Below, piece after piece: positions 13,401 through 26,197 of a stretch of 64,000 nucleotides of DNA. Position numbers and translations under genes: made by a program. The first letter of the stretch is position 1. Every line of letters begins with the position of its first letter. The notes below the pieces were generated by a model. It was not told the origin of the DNA. It made no database searches and worked only from the letters and a program-made list of their open reading frames with translations. Source of the DNA: Chiloscyllium plagiosum (taxonomy: Eukaryota); contig NC_057719.1 in NCBI RefSeq assembly GCF_004010195.1, positions 27,711,458 through 27,775,457 on the forward strand. Direction: 5' to 3'.

Positions 13401-15321
13401 ATATTGTAGAAGACAAGTTTTTCAGGAAAAATAAAAAATTCACATAAATGTAAGTTCTTGAAAACTTATTCACCTTATGAATCATTAGAAGTTTAGCATC
13501 TAAACTCAAGGGGTCTTCAACCCGGGAATCATCTCATTGTTTTATTTCCTACATTAGTCTAACTGGCTGAGGCAGTAGTTGTAGATCCGCTAAGAAAAAT
13601 TACAGAAGAAAGAGAAGAGGCTAACAAAGATAACTCAAAGACAAAGATTAAAACAACCCAATACATCAAAACCAACTGAACTATTTAGTACTCCAACTGA
13701 TCTGCTGCAGGAGACATCATATGTTTACAACTGAGAACCAAAGTTAGAAAGTTGATCGAAAAATATAGATCCTGAAATGTGCAAAATGGAGTTTCACTCG
13801 CACTGTTCTGCAGTCACTGTATTGTTTAGATTTGATTTTTTTTACATTTATTTTCATTGCCAATGGTTATGAACCTTTTGAACAGTACTGATCGGATTAC
13901 AAATATAGTTATATGGCACACTGAGTTTTGTTAAATGCTTACATTCTTCCAAAAGAACCATTATCCTCACAATAACCATCATTCGAGTTACTTTTTAATA
14001 AGCCATCTCAGTCTACGTTGATGGCACTATGCTCAAACTCAGACTCTACTCCTTTCCTCAGTCTCAGTCCTTCAGCAGACAGGTTTCTTCCATCATTTTG
14101 CCCACAAAAACACTAATCCACACTATTACCAGTGAGGTGTGACTTTTCCAATGCCTTCTGTACTGCAGTATCATCCTCCATGCTGTAAGGAATCTAATCG
14201 AATCTAATCTAAAATAGATATAGTCTAGTATATCACAGTCTGCTTTCACATCCGTAATCACCATCCGGCCCTCATTCCCCAGAGAAGTGATCACTATTTT
14301 GCATGTAATTTCAAATAGGATCGCCCTTGCCTTATCTCCATAATCTTCTCCAACAGTAGCTCCTACTTACACCCTCCTCCTCTATCACTCACTAAATTCT
14401 CTGCTGTGGCATTACCTGGTCGTTCCCTCAGCTTGGGAACTTTCCCCTCAGATACTGGACCATGGCACTACCAAAAGTGAGCAAGGGCAAACCAGAAGAG
14501 GCTCTGCCAAACAATTTCAATCTTGTCTTATGGCAGCCTTTGAGAGCTTCTTAAAATCACTAGCTCAACAGTGACTTTCCAAAGATCTTTTTTCTCACTC
14601 CCACACAAAGTGGCTTACAACTTAGCGCACAGAGAAAGGCCATTGATTTTATGCTGCGAATTAACCTCCTCCCACTCAGGTTATCGGCAGCGGGGAAGTA
14701 TATATACACATCCTTCTGTTCTCTTTGCTCTAATGACCAGCTTCCCCTTAAAAGCATCTGCCCTGTTCACCTCTGGTAGTGCATGCCGAGATAGAGTGGA
14801 AAAGTTAGGAACTCGCTCACACTTAGCAAGAATGTAGCAACATTCTGAGATCACCTAGACTTTATTGGATATCTGAACAGGATTGCATTGCAAACATCTT
14901 GCTCAAGTCCTGTCACTTTTTTTCCCCCTAATTTGTGAATTTCCTGTCGTGATCCTAAACAATTCAAAACTCCGAGAGATTAAATTGACAGCTGGCCAGG
15001 AGACCTACCGTCTAAGTAAACTGACGTTAGCTGAAAACAAAGGTATGTTTACTTATACTCTGCGGTAGTTTTATTTTGAGCTATTTTAGCCCTCTCCCGC
15101 CCCTCTGAAAAATGTTAAGCTTCTGTAATAGGTCGTTCCACCGACAACAAGAGCGGAAAGGTAAAGGGACCACACGCCATTCTCACTTCTCACCAGGTTT
15201 GGAATTCAGAAGCTGAACAGGCTGGCCGCACATAGGTACCACCCATACCTCACTGCATTGTAATAACAGAAAGCTTCTTTCTTCGTAGCCCGAGGTCTGC
15301 CCAGCGGTGCAGCTAACTCAC

Positions 15322-15366
15322 TTGTTTTCATCGCCATTTCAAACATAACATTTTTTTGGTGCTCCA
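15322..15366 (-). CDS. SYT16: Candidate alternative first exon or 45-nt frame-preserving cassette exon ((M)EHQKNVMFEMAMKT + 1 nt)
   Basis: Donor AACAA|gtgagt in phase 1, in-frame ATGs at 15346 and 15337 (gaaATGG), possible acceptor tatagatag before 15366. Confidence 0.4.
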
Positions 15367-15684
15367 CTATCTATAATATTAAATCAAATTGGTGGCCCAG
15401 CCAACCAGTTCCCAAAGCGACTCGCAACCCCCCCCAAAATAAAACACACACCCGCCCAACATGCAATCGCTTAGGAACACTTGGGTATTCAAATACAATA
15501 AAATAAACATAACATTGATACCAGCCCAGTAAAGCTGACTGTCTGATAGTCACTGCATTCTTCAAAGTGTTTCCGAGAATCCAGCACCTATTGGATCTGA
15601 GCACTTGCTCTAATTGCATCCTAATGGATGTAACCAAGCCCCAGCCCGCTTTCTGTTTAACATCGATTGACGCTGCACACTTAC

Positions 15685-15697
15685 TATCTGTCGCCAT
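15685..15697 (-). CDS. SYT16: First coding micro-exon ATGGCGACAGATA|gtaagt (MATD + 1 nt), probable synaptotagmin-16
   Basis: ATG followed by G at +4 and a consensus GTAAGT donor inside a CpG-richer segment. SYT16 follows SNAPC1 on the same strand in human. Transmembrane SYT16 forms are recalled to start MATDITPEAIGFL, which fits a phase-1 split. No downstream exon was found in the window. Confidence 0.7.
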
Positions 15698-15944
15698 AAT
15701 CTGGTCACGTCCGCTGCAGAGTTAACCCGGCCAGCCCTCCCGGTGGAAATTCCTCAGGCAAATCCCAAACATGCAACACAACAGCTGCTTTCCACTCGCC
15801 TCCTCTAGCAGCACTGCGATCCCTGCAATATCTCTAACTCCTCCTCCTCCTCTTCCAGCCAGCGCCAATCCCTATCGTCAACTCGCTTTCCTCTCTTCAT
15901 GAATCTTCTCGTGTGATGAATAGTAAAACCAGCGCTATTATGCC

Positions 15945-16034
15945 ACAGTGGTAGTGTCCCTACCTCTGAGCCAAGCAAGGCCCATTCAAGTTCCGCCTGT
16001 TCCAGGGGTGTGTCATAACCTGTCTGATCAGGTT
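15945..16034 (+). mobile_element. Short tRNA-derived SINE interrupted near its 3' end by the Rex1/Babar LINE
   Basis: cagtggtagtgtccctacctctgag...ttcaagttcc (A/B-box-like). The apparent tail resumes at about 18520 (cagggttaattagaaa). Confidence 0.55.
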
Positions 16035-18522
16035 GAATTGAATTTATTGTCACTTGTACCAAGGCACAGCAAAAACCTTTGTTTTGCCAGCGATACAGGC
16101 AGATCACAGAGTTAAGTGTCATAGATAAGTAAATAATAGGTAAACAGTGGCAAAAACAAAAACACAGGTAAGAGTTTGTGAGTCCATTCAGTATTCTAAC
16201 AACAGTAGGGTAGAAAATGTTTCGAAACCGGCTGGTGCAAGTGTTCAGACTTCTGTACCTTCTCCCCGATGGTAGAGGTTGTAGAAAAACATTGCCAGGG
16301 TGGGATGGGTCTTTGAGAATGCTGGTGGCCTATCCTTGACAGCGGGCCTGGTAGATGGACTCTATAGATGGGAAGTTGGCCTTTGTAATTGTCCGGGCCA
16401 AGTTCACCACTCTCTGTAACCATCTCTGATCTTGAATGGTACAGTTGCCATACCAGATAGTGATACATCTGGACAGAATGCTCTCGATAGCGCACCTATA
16501 AAAGTTGGCAAGAGTATTACCTCAGCTGCCTGAGGAAGAAGAGACATTATTGGGCCTTTGTAACCAGTGCGTCCACATGAAGAGTCCAAGAAAGCTTGTT
16601 GTGAATAACCACTCCCAGGAGTTTGACACACTCCACCCGTTGCATCTCTGTGCTGTTAATGTCTAGGGGGACATGAGTAACATCTCACCGAAAGTCAATA
16701 ATGAGTTCTTTGGTTTTGCCGGCATTGAGAGCTAGGTTGTTCTCAGTCCACCATTCTTCCAGGTCTTTCACCTCCTGTCTGTTTCGTTGCCATCTGAGAT
16801 TTGACCGATTATGGTGGTGTCATTAGCGAACTTGTAAATGGCGTTAGTCTGGTATTTGGCAATGCAATCATGGGTATACAGTAAGTACAGTAGAGGGCTG
16901 AGTACGCATTCCTTGGGGGGCTCCAGTGTTGAGTGTTAATGAGGATGAAATATTGCCCCCAGTCTTCACTGATTGTGGCCTGTCGGTCAGGAAACTGAGG
17001 ATCCAGTTGCAGAGAGTGGGGCTTAGTCCGAGATCACTAAGTTTAGTACTCAGTCTCGAGGGGATAACAGTGTTGAAGGGTGAACTGTAGTCAATGAGTA
17101 GGATTCTTACGTAGCTGTTCTTGGTGTCAAGATGTTCTAGGGAGGAGTGAAAGGCGAGTGATATGGCATCTGACATGGATCTGTTGATCCAATAGGTACA
17201 TTGGAGTGGGTCAAGAGTAGTGGGGAGGCTGGAGTTGATTAATGCCATGACCGGAGCAGAAAGTGAGGACTGCAGTTGCTGGAGATCAGAGCTGAAAATG
17301 TGTTTCTGAAAAAGCGCAGCAGGTCAGGCAGCATCCAAGGAACAGGAGAATCGACGTTTCGGGCATAAGCCCTTCTTCAGAAATCATTCCTGAAGAAGGG
17401 CTTATGCCCAAAACGTCGATTCTCCTGTTCCTTGCATGCTGCCTGACCTGCTGCGCTTTTCCAGCAACACATTTTCAGCTAATGCCATGACCGGTCTTTC
17501 AAACCACTTCCTGACCACTGAAGTTGGGGCCACTGGGCAGTAGTCATTGAGACATGCTGCATGAGCCTTCTCAGGCACAGGGATGATGTTGGCTCTTTTG
17601 AGGCAGGGACAGTGTCCTGCTGCAGCGAGAGGGTGAAGATGTCCGAGAAGACCTCTGCCAGTTGATCTGCACATGCCCTTAGTGCATGGCCTGGTACTCC
17701 GTCTGGTCCTTGGATTCACATGAAGGAAAACTGATCTGACCTCTGATACAGTGACTGTTGGGATAGGTTTATCAGGACTTAATGGAATAGGTGTTACCTC
17801 TCCACCAAAGTTCCGCTCAAAGCGAGCATAGACGGTGTTGACACGATCTGGGAGTGTTGTGTCATCGTCTGCAATCTTGCAATGTCTCTTTTTAGATCCT
17901 GTGATGTCATTAAGTCCTTTCCATAGTCGCCTGGTGTCTGTCTCTAGTTTGGATCAGTATTGGTCCTTGGCTATCTTAATAGCACTGCCAAGGCCATACT
18001 TGGATTCCTTATATTTGAATGGGTCTCCTGATCTGAAGGACTCAAGCCTGGTTTTTAGCAGGTTCTGTATGTCCTGATTCATCCAGGGTTTCCTGTTAGG
18101 GAACACCTGGATTGATTTCCTCGGTGTGCAGTCCTCCACACACTTGCTGATAAAGACTGTGATGGTGGTGGCATCCTCGTCCAAGGTACCTGTGGACTGT
18201 TTGAACATGGTAGACAGCACCGGAGTTGACCCTCTGCCTCCTCTGACCAGCAGTGGACCTGTATCCACGAAGGGGTCTCCTGCTTGAGCTTTTGCCTGTA
18301 AGCGAGAAGAAGAAACATATCATTGTGGTTGGAGTTCCCGAAATGAGGGCAGGGGATGGAGTGGTCGACATCTTTCACAGTGGTGTAGCAGTGGTCTAAA
18401 ATGTTCAGGCCCCTGGTGGGGCAGGTAATGTTCTGGTGGTACTTGGACAACTCCTTCCTTAGATTGGCTTGATTGAAGTTGCCAGTTACAATAAACAAGG
18501 CCTCGGGGTTTTCCATCTCCAG
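16033..18522 (-). mobile_element. 5'-truncated, frameshifted Rex1/Babar-type LINE (APE C-terminus + RT)
   Basis: ORF pieces GNFNQANL...CPTRGLNILDHCYT, LDPLQ...DAISLA.H..LEHLD....[21 protein letters not shown]. 3' end acaataaattcaattcaa. Confidence 0.85.
17255..17479. mobile_element. Palindromic Penelope-terminus insertion nested in Rex1, 15-bp TSD
   Basis: TSD taatgccatgaccgg at 17240-17254 and 17480-17494. Inverted arms at about 17290-17384 and 17386-17480. Confidence 0.9.
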
Positions 18523-18567
18523 GGTTAATTAGAAAGATCTGAATGAAGGCTGGAGTTTGAGATGGTC

Positions 18568-18920
18568 ATTTAGAGTTATACAGCATAGAAACAGACCCTT
18601 TGCCCACCATGGCCCACCAGGTCTATGCCAACCAAAAATAACAAGCTACATTAATCCTATTTACCTGCACTTAGTCCATAGCCCAACATACCCTGGCACT
18701 TTCAGTGCTCATCTAGATGCTTCTCAAATGTTACCTCTCAGGCAGCACATTCCATATTTCTACCAGCCTCTGGTTGAAAACTTTTTTTCTCTCCGTTCTC
18801 CTCTAAGCCTTATTCTCCACCTTAAACCTATGCTCTCTAGCCTTCGACATGTCTGCCACGCGGGAAAGATTCTTACGATCTACTCAGTGTGTGCCTCTCA
18901 TAATTTTAGTATACCTCAAT
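18568..18920 (-). mobile_element. CR1-type LINE 3' fragment
   Basis: agagttatacagcatagaaacagaccctt...cttaaacctatgctctctag. Confidence 0.65.
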
Positions 18921-19854
18921 GAGAAGCCCCCCCCCCACCCCCCTCCGCCTCAGCACTGGTCAGGTTGCACATCCACCCTGAAGCCCCACTCTCATCTCTC
19001 AGGCTGACAAGACCTCAAACCTATTGGAAAATCACAGACAATGAGCCTCCACCCTTTACCTGCCTTGCTCACAGTCACACCCTCCTGTCTCTGATCACTG
19101 AGTATATCAGAAGACCCTATCCTATATGGTGTTGCTGCGTCCTATTACAAAGAATACATTGTGGATTCAGCCTTCAGTAAACTCTGAAACGAAGGTGCAG
19201 ACAAATTTACCTTGGACCGTAATAGTATCTAGGAGCTCCCACATGCAGCAGCCTTGACACATCACCTGAACTGCCATCCTTGATGAGTTTAATTATGTTA
19301 CTCACTTTTGATGTATTTTATATATTTTGTTAATGTTACCATAACTTATCTACTATGTTAAATCTTATGAATTGAAAAGAACTTAACCACTTACTAGAGA
19401 ATAACCAAACAGCTAGCCCCTTTCTCAGTAGTATAGCATGAACAATTTCAATGAATCTAGCTGTCTCTGGCAGCCTGCCAGGAAGTCTTTTTCTCACCTG
19501 GTGCTCTAGATGATGCTGACTGCCTGTCTTAGGGTCCGTCTCTCACTTGCTCCTCTGGATAAAATCAACAGAGATTTACAAATGACATAGTGAGAGGAGC
19601 AGTACAGCTTTAATACACAGTTACATTATAAATCTTGCAAAACATTACAATTAACTTTTCAATCCTAACATCAGTTGCTTCTGACAGATGAACCTGCATT
19701 GGCAATGCAATCATGTGTTGTAAACCCGTCACATCCACTGGTCAGTGGCTGGGGGAAGCCTCATTTTCCAAGCACAGCACCATATTTCTGAACAGTCCTC
19801 TGACTCCAATTGCTTCACAGCAGTAATACATTAGCTCAGCACAGTTTTAGGTTG

Positions 19855-19990
19855 GTAAAAACAATGACTGCAGATGCTGGAAACCAGATTCTGGATTAGT
19901 GGTGCTGGAAGAGCACAGCAGTTCAGGCAGCATCCGAGGACAGGCAAAATCCGAGGACAGGCAAAATCGACGTTTCGGGCAAAAGCCCTT
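19855..19990 (-). mobile_element. Short Penelope-terminus insertion, 15-bp TSD
   Basis: TSD cacagttttaggttg at 19840-19854 and 19991-20005. Internal tandem duplication of atccgaggacaggcaaa. Confidence 0.9.
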
Positions 19991-20719
19991 CACAGTTTTA
20001 GGTTGTCCTGGGAATGTGAAAAAAATTAAATCATTCCTTTTATTCAAAAGACCCATTAAAATGATTTGATTAGATGGTTGGATGAGGAGAATCTCACAGG
20101 CTGCCAAATACCCATCTGTTGGCTAGAGAAATTCCATTCTCTAGTAACTTATTCATGACAATGGTTCCCAGTTGCCTTCCTGAACACACATTGACACCTG
20201 CAGCAATAAAAAATAAAGAACTGCAGATGCTGGAAATCAGAAACAAAAACAGAAATTTCTGGAAAAACTCAGCAGGTCTGGCAGCATCTGTGAAGAGAAA
20301 TCAGATTTAACATTTCAGATCCAATGACTCTCCTTCAGAACCTTTCTTCAGCTCTGACCTGAACATTAAGTCTACTTTCTCTTGATACCTATGGCATTGT
20401 GTTCCAGGTGAACACTGTCTGACCAGCTCCAAAGTTTTCACTTGAAACTCCTTCTAACATCTTGAACTCCTGCAGAAAAACAAAGTCTCATCCCATGGTC
20501 AGACTCTATTTCACTTCCCAGTTCCTCGCACTCTGTTAGAATGATTCCCTTCACCTTGCAAATGCAAATACAGATGTTGACAATGTATAATATATTTATT
20601 TCTCAAAAGAAAAAGAACTATTATCCAACTTCACACTTTAATTTATTTTACTGAGAGTTCAGATATATTCAAGACTGGAAGCTGTTTCACTCCCACATCT
20701 TTAATTTCATCCCTAACGA

Positions 20720-22260
20720 TTAGCATGGATAGAGAACTGGTTGGCTGACAGGAAATGGAGAATAGGAACATTCACAATATATATAATAAAGAGTAAGCAT
20801 TTTAGGACTGAGAAGAGGAGACATTTCTTCACCCGGAGACTGGTGAGCCTGTAGAGTTCACTACCACAGAAACCATAGAAATGTCCAAATTAGGTGGACT
20901 TTTTCGAGTTGGTGATCAGGTGTGGAGATGACAGTAATGCAGTTTTATAGATTTCAGCAAAGCTTTTGCCAAGGACAATGGAGGACTGATAAAGAAGCTA
21001 AAGATAATGGGATAAAGGGAAACTTGGCAAATTGGATCCAAACCTGGCTATGTTACAGTTTTCCAAGAACTATTACAAATTTCAGAAAAAAGGTTCAACC
21101 TCTGTCCCAACGACAGTCCTACAGACACTGAAATCCCAGTGAAGAGCCACCCATCTTTCTACAGTAAAGAAGACAACTGAAACAAGTGTATTTAGTTTCT
21201 GGAGCTTTCTTCTTACAGACTTTTAAGCACAGACCAAACACTTGGGCTTTCCAGAAACTTAGCTTCCAGTAAGTTTCTGACTAGCATTCTTCCTAATGTA
21301 ACATGTCAGCCTTTATTCTCTAGTAAAAAGAAGGCATGACTGCATTTATTGCAGGGAGATTTGAGTACAAAAAAGAAAGAGTAAGGAAGTCTTGCTATAG
21401 TTGTACAGGACCTTGGTGTGACTGCATCTCGTGGACTAGGTGCAGTTTTGGTTGCCGCATTTATGGAAAGATAACTTGGATATCACAATAGCTAGCCATA
21501 TATTAAAGTTTGCTGTTGACACAAAAATTGATGGCACAGGTCAGTAGTGATGAAGTGAGTATAAAATGACAAGGGACATTATTAGGATAACTGAGTGGGC
21601 AAAACATTGGCAGCTGAATTGCAACACAGCCAAATAGGATGTCATCCATTTTGGGCCACCAAAAGATAGTACTAAGTTTCATTTAAATGGTAGGAATAGA
21701 GGATATCCAAATAAATTTAGGCATTCCTGTTCACAGATCACTAAAATGAAGTAATACAGCACAAGCAAAAACAAAAATGCTTTATAAGAAGGCTAGATAA
21801 TAATGAGAAGTAAATTTTGCTACAGGCGCACAGTACTCAACTTTTCTGAGAGCTCTGTATGCAGTTTTGAGAACTGCACCTTGGAAAGAGTTAAGACAGA
21901 ATACAATTCAGCTTCACCAGTATGTTACCCAAATCTGAAGATTCAGATTATCAAGAGAGATTTCATAAATGAGATTTGTATTGGAATGCAGAAAGTTAAA
22001 AATGCATTTGATTGACTGCACTAAGATTTTGAATGAAATGCTAAAGAAGATAAACTTTTCCTTTGATGGGGGAATCTAAGATGAGGAACGGAAACTTAAA
22101 ATCAGTGCAAGGCTATTCAGAGGTTGGGAAGAACTTTCTGTGAAGGGCATGGTGGCAACGTGGAACTCTGTACCGTAAAAACAATGGATGCTCAGTCAGT
22201 TCCTAATTTGAAACTGATATGGATAGTTGTTTCCAGAAGACAAGGTTAGGCAGCCAAGGA
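20720..22260 (+). mobile_element. Cluster of old CR1 fragments
   Basis: Degenerate KFA.DTKI.G, YR.LV..HL...VQFW.P and 3' UTR-like pieces. Confidence 0.55.
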
Positions 22261-22320
22261 TGGTGTACTCCAGTTTCCACAAGATCCTGTGTGTCTCAAG
22301 TCCAGTGCTGGAATCCAGTA

Positions 22321-22539
22321 CAGTCGGTTCTGCTATACCATGCGTTCCTTCAACATGAATTGGTTATAATGCGATTGAACAATATAGACCATTAATTGTA
22401 GAACATGAACCTTCCTTACCTGTATTGGCTATAACTTGATTCTGGTCCCATTGGTTTTAATGGTGTTTCTATTACGTGATTTTCTTATAACACGGGATCG
22501 CACGGGAACGGAACTATCACATTATATCAGAACAGACTG
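22321..22539. mobile_element. Tc1/mariner-pogo type MITE (219 bp)
   Basis: TIRs cagtcggttctgctata / tatatcagaacagactg, with TA duplication at 22319-20 and 22540-41. Confidence 0.85.
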
Positions 22540-23929
22540 TATGTGTAACTGCTGAAAGTGGATCGTGATTTCATTCTACAGTGTTCTCTCATCCATGATG
22601 AACTTGTTTCCCCATATCTAGGAAAATTTGGTCCACATGCCCTTGGGACAGTTCAGGAAAACAGAGGAAGATCCCTCGTCAGAACTGTATAATTAATTTT
22701 CATTTAAAGAATGTGACTGTGAGTGAGATATAGCAAAGCCGATTGTGATCTGAAATACACACTAAGTTCCACTTGAAGGATTTGCTACTGAAGCTGCATC
22801 CATTTATTACCAACTTCACCCCATGTAAAAGTGGGGCAGTACAAAAATAAAGATGGCAGGTTTTACACTAAAATTTCAAGAGGGATCCATCACTTGCATG
22901 AATTCTCAACCCAGGAAGCTGCTAAGGTTATTGTTCAGAATAAGCCTAGAATACTTTACCGCCTACACTGTTTAGGTGTTTCTGCAAGCTTCTTTTCAGC
23001 AATTTTAGACAGAGACATCTTTCTCTTCCCACCTAACTGTCATGGAACCCTTATCCGTGGGATCACTATAATCAATCCTATATATGTGAGGAGGTGAGAG
23101 ATAAGTCCACCACCAAATGCATGTTTCCCTTCCACCAGAGCCTGCAGAGCACACTGTTCCCTTAGTCTCTGAAGGGGTCTCCTTAAGGAGGCAGCAGGTA
23201 AGTAAGAAAGGGTAAAAGGTATTCTGTCCCATTGCAACCTGACCTTCAAACAGCCTCTCAAAAGGCATGGCGTATTCTTTGGAGCAATAGACCTCATACA
23301 AACAAGTACTTTTACTGTACGCATTACATATGGAACAGCAGAAGGATATTCAGCCTCTTAAGGCTGGTCTGCGTTTCCATTAGATTATGGGTTTTGCATA
23401 ATTCAACTGTCTAAGACCACGTATGTTCATATCCTTTGATATCATTATCTAACAAAAATCTATTGATTAGTGTGAAAATTCCCAGCATTTTCTATTTGGT
23501 TTCAGATTTGCAATTTTTTTTTCCTACATTGAGACAAGTAGTACTGCCTTCATAACGAAGCTCTTTTCAATATTAAATGCTTAGCCATTTATATCCATTT
23601 AACAACCATTTTAAAGAATGTTTTTAATGTTTCCCAATAAACGTAATCCCCTGCAGAGCTGAAATAAACAGGACAATGTAGCATGGCTCATTACACTCCT
23701 CTGCACAGAATGTTTGCCCACACAAATTCAGAACTGAACCACCAGCATATTCAGATAAAATGTTGGCAAACGTGCTTTGCAGCTTAAATACAAGTGAAAA
23801 AGTGCTGGAAATTTTAAATAAAAACAGAAAATGCTGGAAATATTCAGCTAATCTGGCAGCAGCTATGGAAGATGGACTATGACGTTGCCAGACCCTCTTT
23901 TTTACCTTTCTGTCACAGAATAATGCTGA

Positions 23930-24922
23930 GGAACATAAGGAGTGAGCCTTTCAGCCCCTCAAGCCTACTCTGCCATTCTAATCATGTCTGATCATCTGGC
24001 TCCATTATATACTCCCATTCTGTCCCTATTGTTCCTTGATATCATTAGTAACTATGTAACAAATGATCTCTGCCTCAAACTTAATGACAGCTTCCACCGT
24101 TCTCTGGATTAGATAATTTTAAACATTAACCATGCTCTCAGTGAAAAAGGTCCTCTTCGTTCCTTGGTTCAGATTCTACTGCCAAGGGAAACATCTGTTC
24201 TGCAGATATTTTGTTTATCCCTTTAAGAATTTTAAGTTTCAATGAGATTGCATTTCATTTTTCTAAATTCCAGCAAGTACAGACCCAGACTCCTCAATTT
24301 CTCCTCAGAAGCAGTCCCTCCATCCCAGGAACCTAGTCTCGTGAACCTCTGCTGCACACCTTCGAAGGCAAGTACAATATATCCTTCCTTATACAAGGAG
24401 ATTGGAATTATATACAATAGTCCAGGTGCAATCTTTCACGACTTTCTATAAAATTGAAGCAAAACTTGAAGCTAGCATACAGTGACTTTTAAAGTCTTCT
24501 AGGTCCCTTTGGACATCAATGCTTTCCAATCTGTTTCAATTTAAGAAATACTCCACACCTCATTCCACCCACAAAAGCAGACAGACTTATTCACATTATG
24601 CTATGCTCTTGCCCTTTCACTCAGTCTAAGTCCCTCTGAATCCAATTGCATCCTCTTCATAACTCTTATTTCCACCAAGTTTTATCATCTGTAAACTTTG
24701 AAATGTTACAACTGGCTCTCACATGCAAATAATTGATATACATTGTGAACCACTGAGGCTCAAGAACTCATCATTGTGATAACTGACTGACCACAGCCCG
24801 ACAACCTGAGAAAGCCCCGATTATTCTTACTCTCTGTTTCTCTGCTTGTGAAGCAATCCACATTCCATGTTACTATATTGCCCCCAATCTCATGCACTTT
24901 AGTTTTGTTCGGTAACCTCCTG
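23930..24922 (-). mobile_element. Old CR1 LINE 3' part
   Basis: Contains EGVQQRFTRL...EEKLRSLGLYLLEFRKMKCNLIET. Confidence 0.75.
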
Positions 24923-25694
24923 ATTATTTTCAGGAAATAAGTACAGATGGATTTACTATTAGCAGAGTGAGAGATAGTGGTAACAGTGGTTTAGTAACCA
25001 AAGGCCCGGTCGAATGCTCTGGGAACATGGATTCAAATGTCTTCATGAAAATTGAAGGAATTGGAATTCAATTCATAAATCTGGGTGATGAAGCTACTTT
25101 TAGTAATGGTGAAACAACTATCATCAATTGTTGTAAAAGCCCATCTGGTTCACGAATGCCCTTTAAGGAGAGAAACTGGTTTGATAGACATGTGATTCCA
25201 GACCCAAAGCAATATGGTTGACTTTTAATTGCCATCTGAAATGGCCAAGCAAATTTCTAGGTTCAAAGTGAATTGGCAACAAATGCCAGTGACGACCACC
25301 TCCCTTGAAAGAGTAATAAAAAATAGTAACATCTAAGGAGAAAACAAGTCAAAATATTAGGATGCAAGGGGGTACTACCTGGATAAGGCAGTATGAAAAC
25401 TTAATTAAAAAGACAGGGTGGAACCGTGACAATATGTTTAGGCATAAGGTGGATATAATATATTCTGTTAATATTCCAAAGAGGATAAAGAGAGTCAATT
25501 TTCCAGAATCATAGCTGTATCAGATTAGATGGGACGAACAAACAAATAAATTCTTTGCACTGCTGCGAAATTGTCACATTTACTTTACTGCAAAGTAATG
25601 ACCATGTATCTGAACTGATAGGTACTGTTAGATTAAATACTAAATTATTGCACCTACATTCATTCTTATGCATATAGTGTCAAATTATGTGTAA

Positions 25695-25872
25695 GTACTG
25701 GTACAATTGCAACATTTAAAAGGCATTTAGATGGGTATATGAATAGGAAGGGTTTGGAGGGATGTGGGCTGGGTGCTGGCAGGTGGAACTAGATTGGGTT
25801 GGGATATCTGGTCGGCATGGACGGGTTGGACCGAAGGGTCTGTTTCCATGCTGTATATCTCTATGACTCTAT
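25695..25872 (+). mobile_element. CR1 3' tail
   Basis: ggtacaattgcaacatttaaaaggcat...gaagggtctgtttccatgctgtatatctctatgactcta, same family as 62042-63005. Confidence 0.85.
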
Positions 25873-26197
25873 TGCATGGAACTCCATTATAACACTCAAA
25901 TGCATGTCACATCTGTTTAATGCCAGTACTAAAAATGTAAATTGAGTCAATCAAAATGCAGAAATCATTTTTGGAGGCTAACCACAATTGCCATCCTTTT
26001 ACAGAAATGAATTAATAATCTAAACACAACTATATACATGCAAATAAAATGATCGATTCTATGTGTAAGACCAAAAGAATACTTTATTGATGATCTCTTA
26101 CCTATAAAATCCAAGATTTACAATTAGATGTATTGACATAAAATGGGAAATTGATTTTTCAAAAGAATCTAATCTGGTAAATGGGATTTTTAAACCA

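Larger units (their letters stand above)
15000..15920 (-). promoter_or_regulatory. CpG-richer promoter / 5' UTR region of the probable SYT16 gene
   Basis: Visibly more CpG than the flanks, CCAAT at about 15864, TGACG/CGTCA half-sites (about 15022, 15668, 15877), a (CCT)n tract, and the ATG micro-exon. Confidence 0.55.

Noticed and set aside
1..15000. Further SYT16 exons (TPEAIGFL transmembrane exon, C2 domains)
   Set aside because: No matching minus-strand peptide was found by eye; they probably lie beyond the left edge.
15371..15697. 108-aa ORF starting MATDSKC as a complete protein
   Set aside because: A consensus GTAAGT donor follows nucleotide 13; the rest is best read as intron.
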